A stretch of DNA of 64,000 nt from Tubulanus polymorphus (Eukaryota > Animalia > Nemertea), in assembly GCF_964204645.1 (NCBI RefSeq), contig NC_134026.1, positions 11,803,950-11,867,949 on the forward strand, written 5' to 3'. Position numbers and translations under genes: made by a program. Of the stretch, positions 61,825-64,000 are shown piece by piece; the first letter of the stretch is position 1; every line of letters begins with the position of its first letter. The notes beneath the pieces are model-generated. The model was not told the DNA's origin. It was given only the letters and a program-made list of their open reading frames with translations, and searched no databases.

Positions 61825-62869
61825 CTGTCGCTGCCAAGTAACGCGAAAGTTTGATTACACGAGTGGCGCTTCGTCACTGAACGGTATTAGAGAATCGGCG
61901 CAATTCCCCAACTTGACACTTGGAAATGTATTCTCTATTGCTGAGACTACTCTTGTGCGCAATTTCCACAGGTTGTCACCAAGTTGATGCCGGCTTAATT
62001 ACATGCAAGGATCATCATTCTGCGAAAACCTTCATGAGACCCACATCTGAAGCCATGTAATTGCCTGGTTAGATCGCAAAGAGGATAATGGACATTATTT
62101 TTGTCGATACAAATTTATGTGCACAAAACCTTATGCCCACACAGTTGAAAAGATATTTTTGATTTAGTATATAAGTACGTAAGCCTTCGTGGACTTCACG
62201 AATCCGTTGCATTAAAATACTTTTAAATATCCCAAAAAATTTATTTACAATAAAAGAAAAAAAACTCTGGACATCTGTATATTATTACATGGGGACAGGA
62301 TGATCCTGATCAGGGACGTATCAGTAGCATATCCGTAGCACCTATTCAACAAGTAGCAGACGATGCATATAATTAATTTGATTGTTGAGTTGGAAGCAAT
62401 TTACTTTATCTTCATTAAAGGTAATACTATCAGCTATGAACATAGTAAATCGGTTCACAAGAGCCCTGTTTATGACGTCTCTATGCAATTTTCCAAATTA
62501 ATTACCGCTGTAAATAACCCCCAATGGAACTCGAGCTTAATGAAGTCCAGCCGAGATATTTAAGAAAGTGCATGAATCATTAATTCATCGAACTATTAAT
62601 CATTACAACATTATTGTGATGTTATGATTGATTATATAATGTATATCACACTGTTATAATTGACTAGAAAAATAGAATAATTTTCACTTAAAAATCTAAT
62701 ATCAAATGATTTAATAATCATTTAACACGAAGACCTTCTCAATTTCCAATCAAAGTCATTTGATGTTGATGGCTAATGTGAGTGATGACTTGAAATTATG
62801 GCTGAATACAATGGCCGCTATGCAAACAGATAATAAATTAATGTTGCTGGGACTCTTGCGTCCCAAATT

Positions 62870-64000
62870 CCTTATCTAATATTTGAAACTAGGGAATAAT
62901 GGAGGAAGTATTGAACAAATCAATTCAATCAACTCTGTCCTAGTTTATAAATTACTTGCAAAATAGTTGTCGAAAGTTCAATTATCTAAATATCAAACTG
63001 TATAACTTGAGGCTAAGGGTCAATTCTCGGTTCACTTTTAATTTTTTTATCAATGATTGTATTAATGTCAGTGACATCATCAAATCGTTACTTTTCGCTG
63101 ATTACCCAAATAGCTTCGCCAGTGGTTTTATCTTTATACGTTTGGCGCAATCCCTGAACCATGCGATAGATTGACCGAGTGGTTCGAAACCAACAAACTA
63201 TCTTTGAATTTAACAAAGAGACATTTCTTGGTAGACCGATAACCACACTCAAACGTGGTGAACGGATAATAAGATAAAAACCCACTATCTACAGATTAAA
63301 AGAATTTAAAAACAAGAATTTATTTATTCAATCTAAAATATGTAGAATACAAGACGTTTCGATCTCACCCTAGAGATCATCGTCACGCCTGACGATAATC
63401 TCTCTAGGCGTTTGGTTCCAATTTGCCTCATGATACTCCAAGTCATTGATTGATAAGGGCCAAAATACGAACTTACTAGACGTTAACAAACGGAAATGGA
63501 ATACTCATATAATGTAGATTATGTTCGACTCAAGGTTGCCCGTAGTCTTAGCATATTGAATTGATTGAAACGCTCATTACGCCAACCTAAACTAGCTTGG
63601 CTTCATTTCAGTTCTAGTGGAACCATTCAGTAACATTGTTTCGGCAACATTGTTTACAGTCCCTACTTTTGCTACAAAACGTGCTGTGAGCATGATACAA
63701 AATTCGCATTATTCAGGTCGCAGCGATCCTCTTTTTATTCGATTGAATATTTTTATTCGCGTAATTAGCAAATTCCAGTTGGGTTGTTTTATGTTTAATC
63801 ATGCAAATTTAAATACGGATAGTTTTAAGAACTATTTCAAGTACAATTTTCAGATGGTTATCAAACGCGAGGTATTAATAATCTACATCCGATTATCGTT
63901 TCCGTAAAAAAACAATTCTCGGTTAATGATTTATGGCCTAAACTTATGGAATTTTCCATCGTTGGACTTGAATAATCATAAATATTAATATATTAACGAA
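62870..64000 (+). mobile_element. Decayed CR1/L2-type RT remnant
   Basis: FFINDC..KSLLFAD.., WFETNKLSLN.., KVARSL.IL.., KRAVSMI..SDPLF..; similar in pattern to the 54.5-55.8 kb RT. Confidence 0.7.
63351..63410 (-). ncRNA. Hammerhead-ribozyme-like remnant with an inverted partial copy (Penelope pseudo-LTR relic)
   Basis: Minus strand (g)TGACGA-t-gatctc(tagggt)gagatc-GAAA-cGTC followed by aataaa; the plus strand carries an adjacent inverted CTGACGA-taatctc..tagg. The first core C is substituted. Confidence 0.55.

Overview
AT-rich (visually about 35% GC), repeat-dense eukaryotic DNA from a marine lophotrochozoan, most likely an annelid (inferred from the neuropeptide). One host gene is clear: an RGWamide/APGWamide-family neuropeptide precursor on the minus strand. 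Its coding exon 1 is at 61400-61702, and I located a short terminal coding exon about 12.9 kb away at 48456-48512 that the ORF track misses; together they give a 119-aa precursor. The rest is mostly nested mobile DNA: (1) a full-length but disabled Academ (AcademX-type) transposon at 10593-16906 with long TIRs and a TGG target duplication, inserted into a decayed AT-rich Polinton/Maverick-like ORF cluster; (2) two FLYWCH-MULE transposase copies separated by a Penelope fragment carrying a minimal hammerhead ribozyme; (3) a Merlin/ISXO2 pseudogene; (4) Tx1/L1 and CR1/L2-type LINE remnants; (5) many MITEs and two fused minisatellite arrays; (6) a spliced Cys-cluster gene running off the left edge. 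I found no convincing wholly new system. All family assignments come from motif recognition, not database searches.
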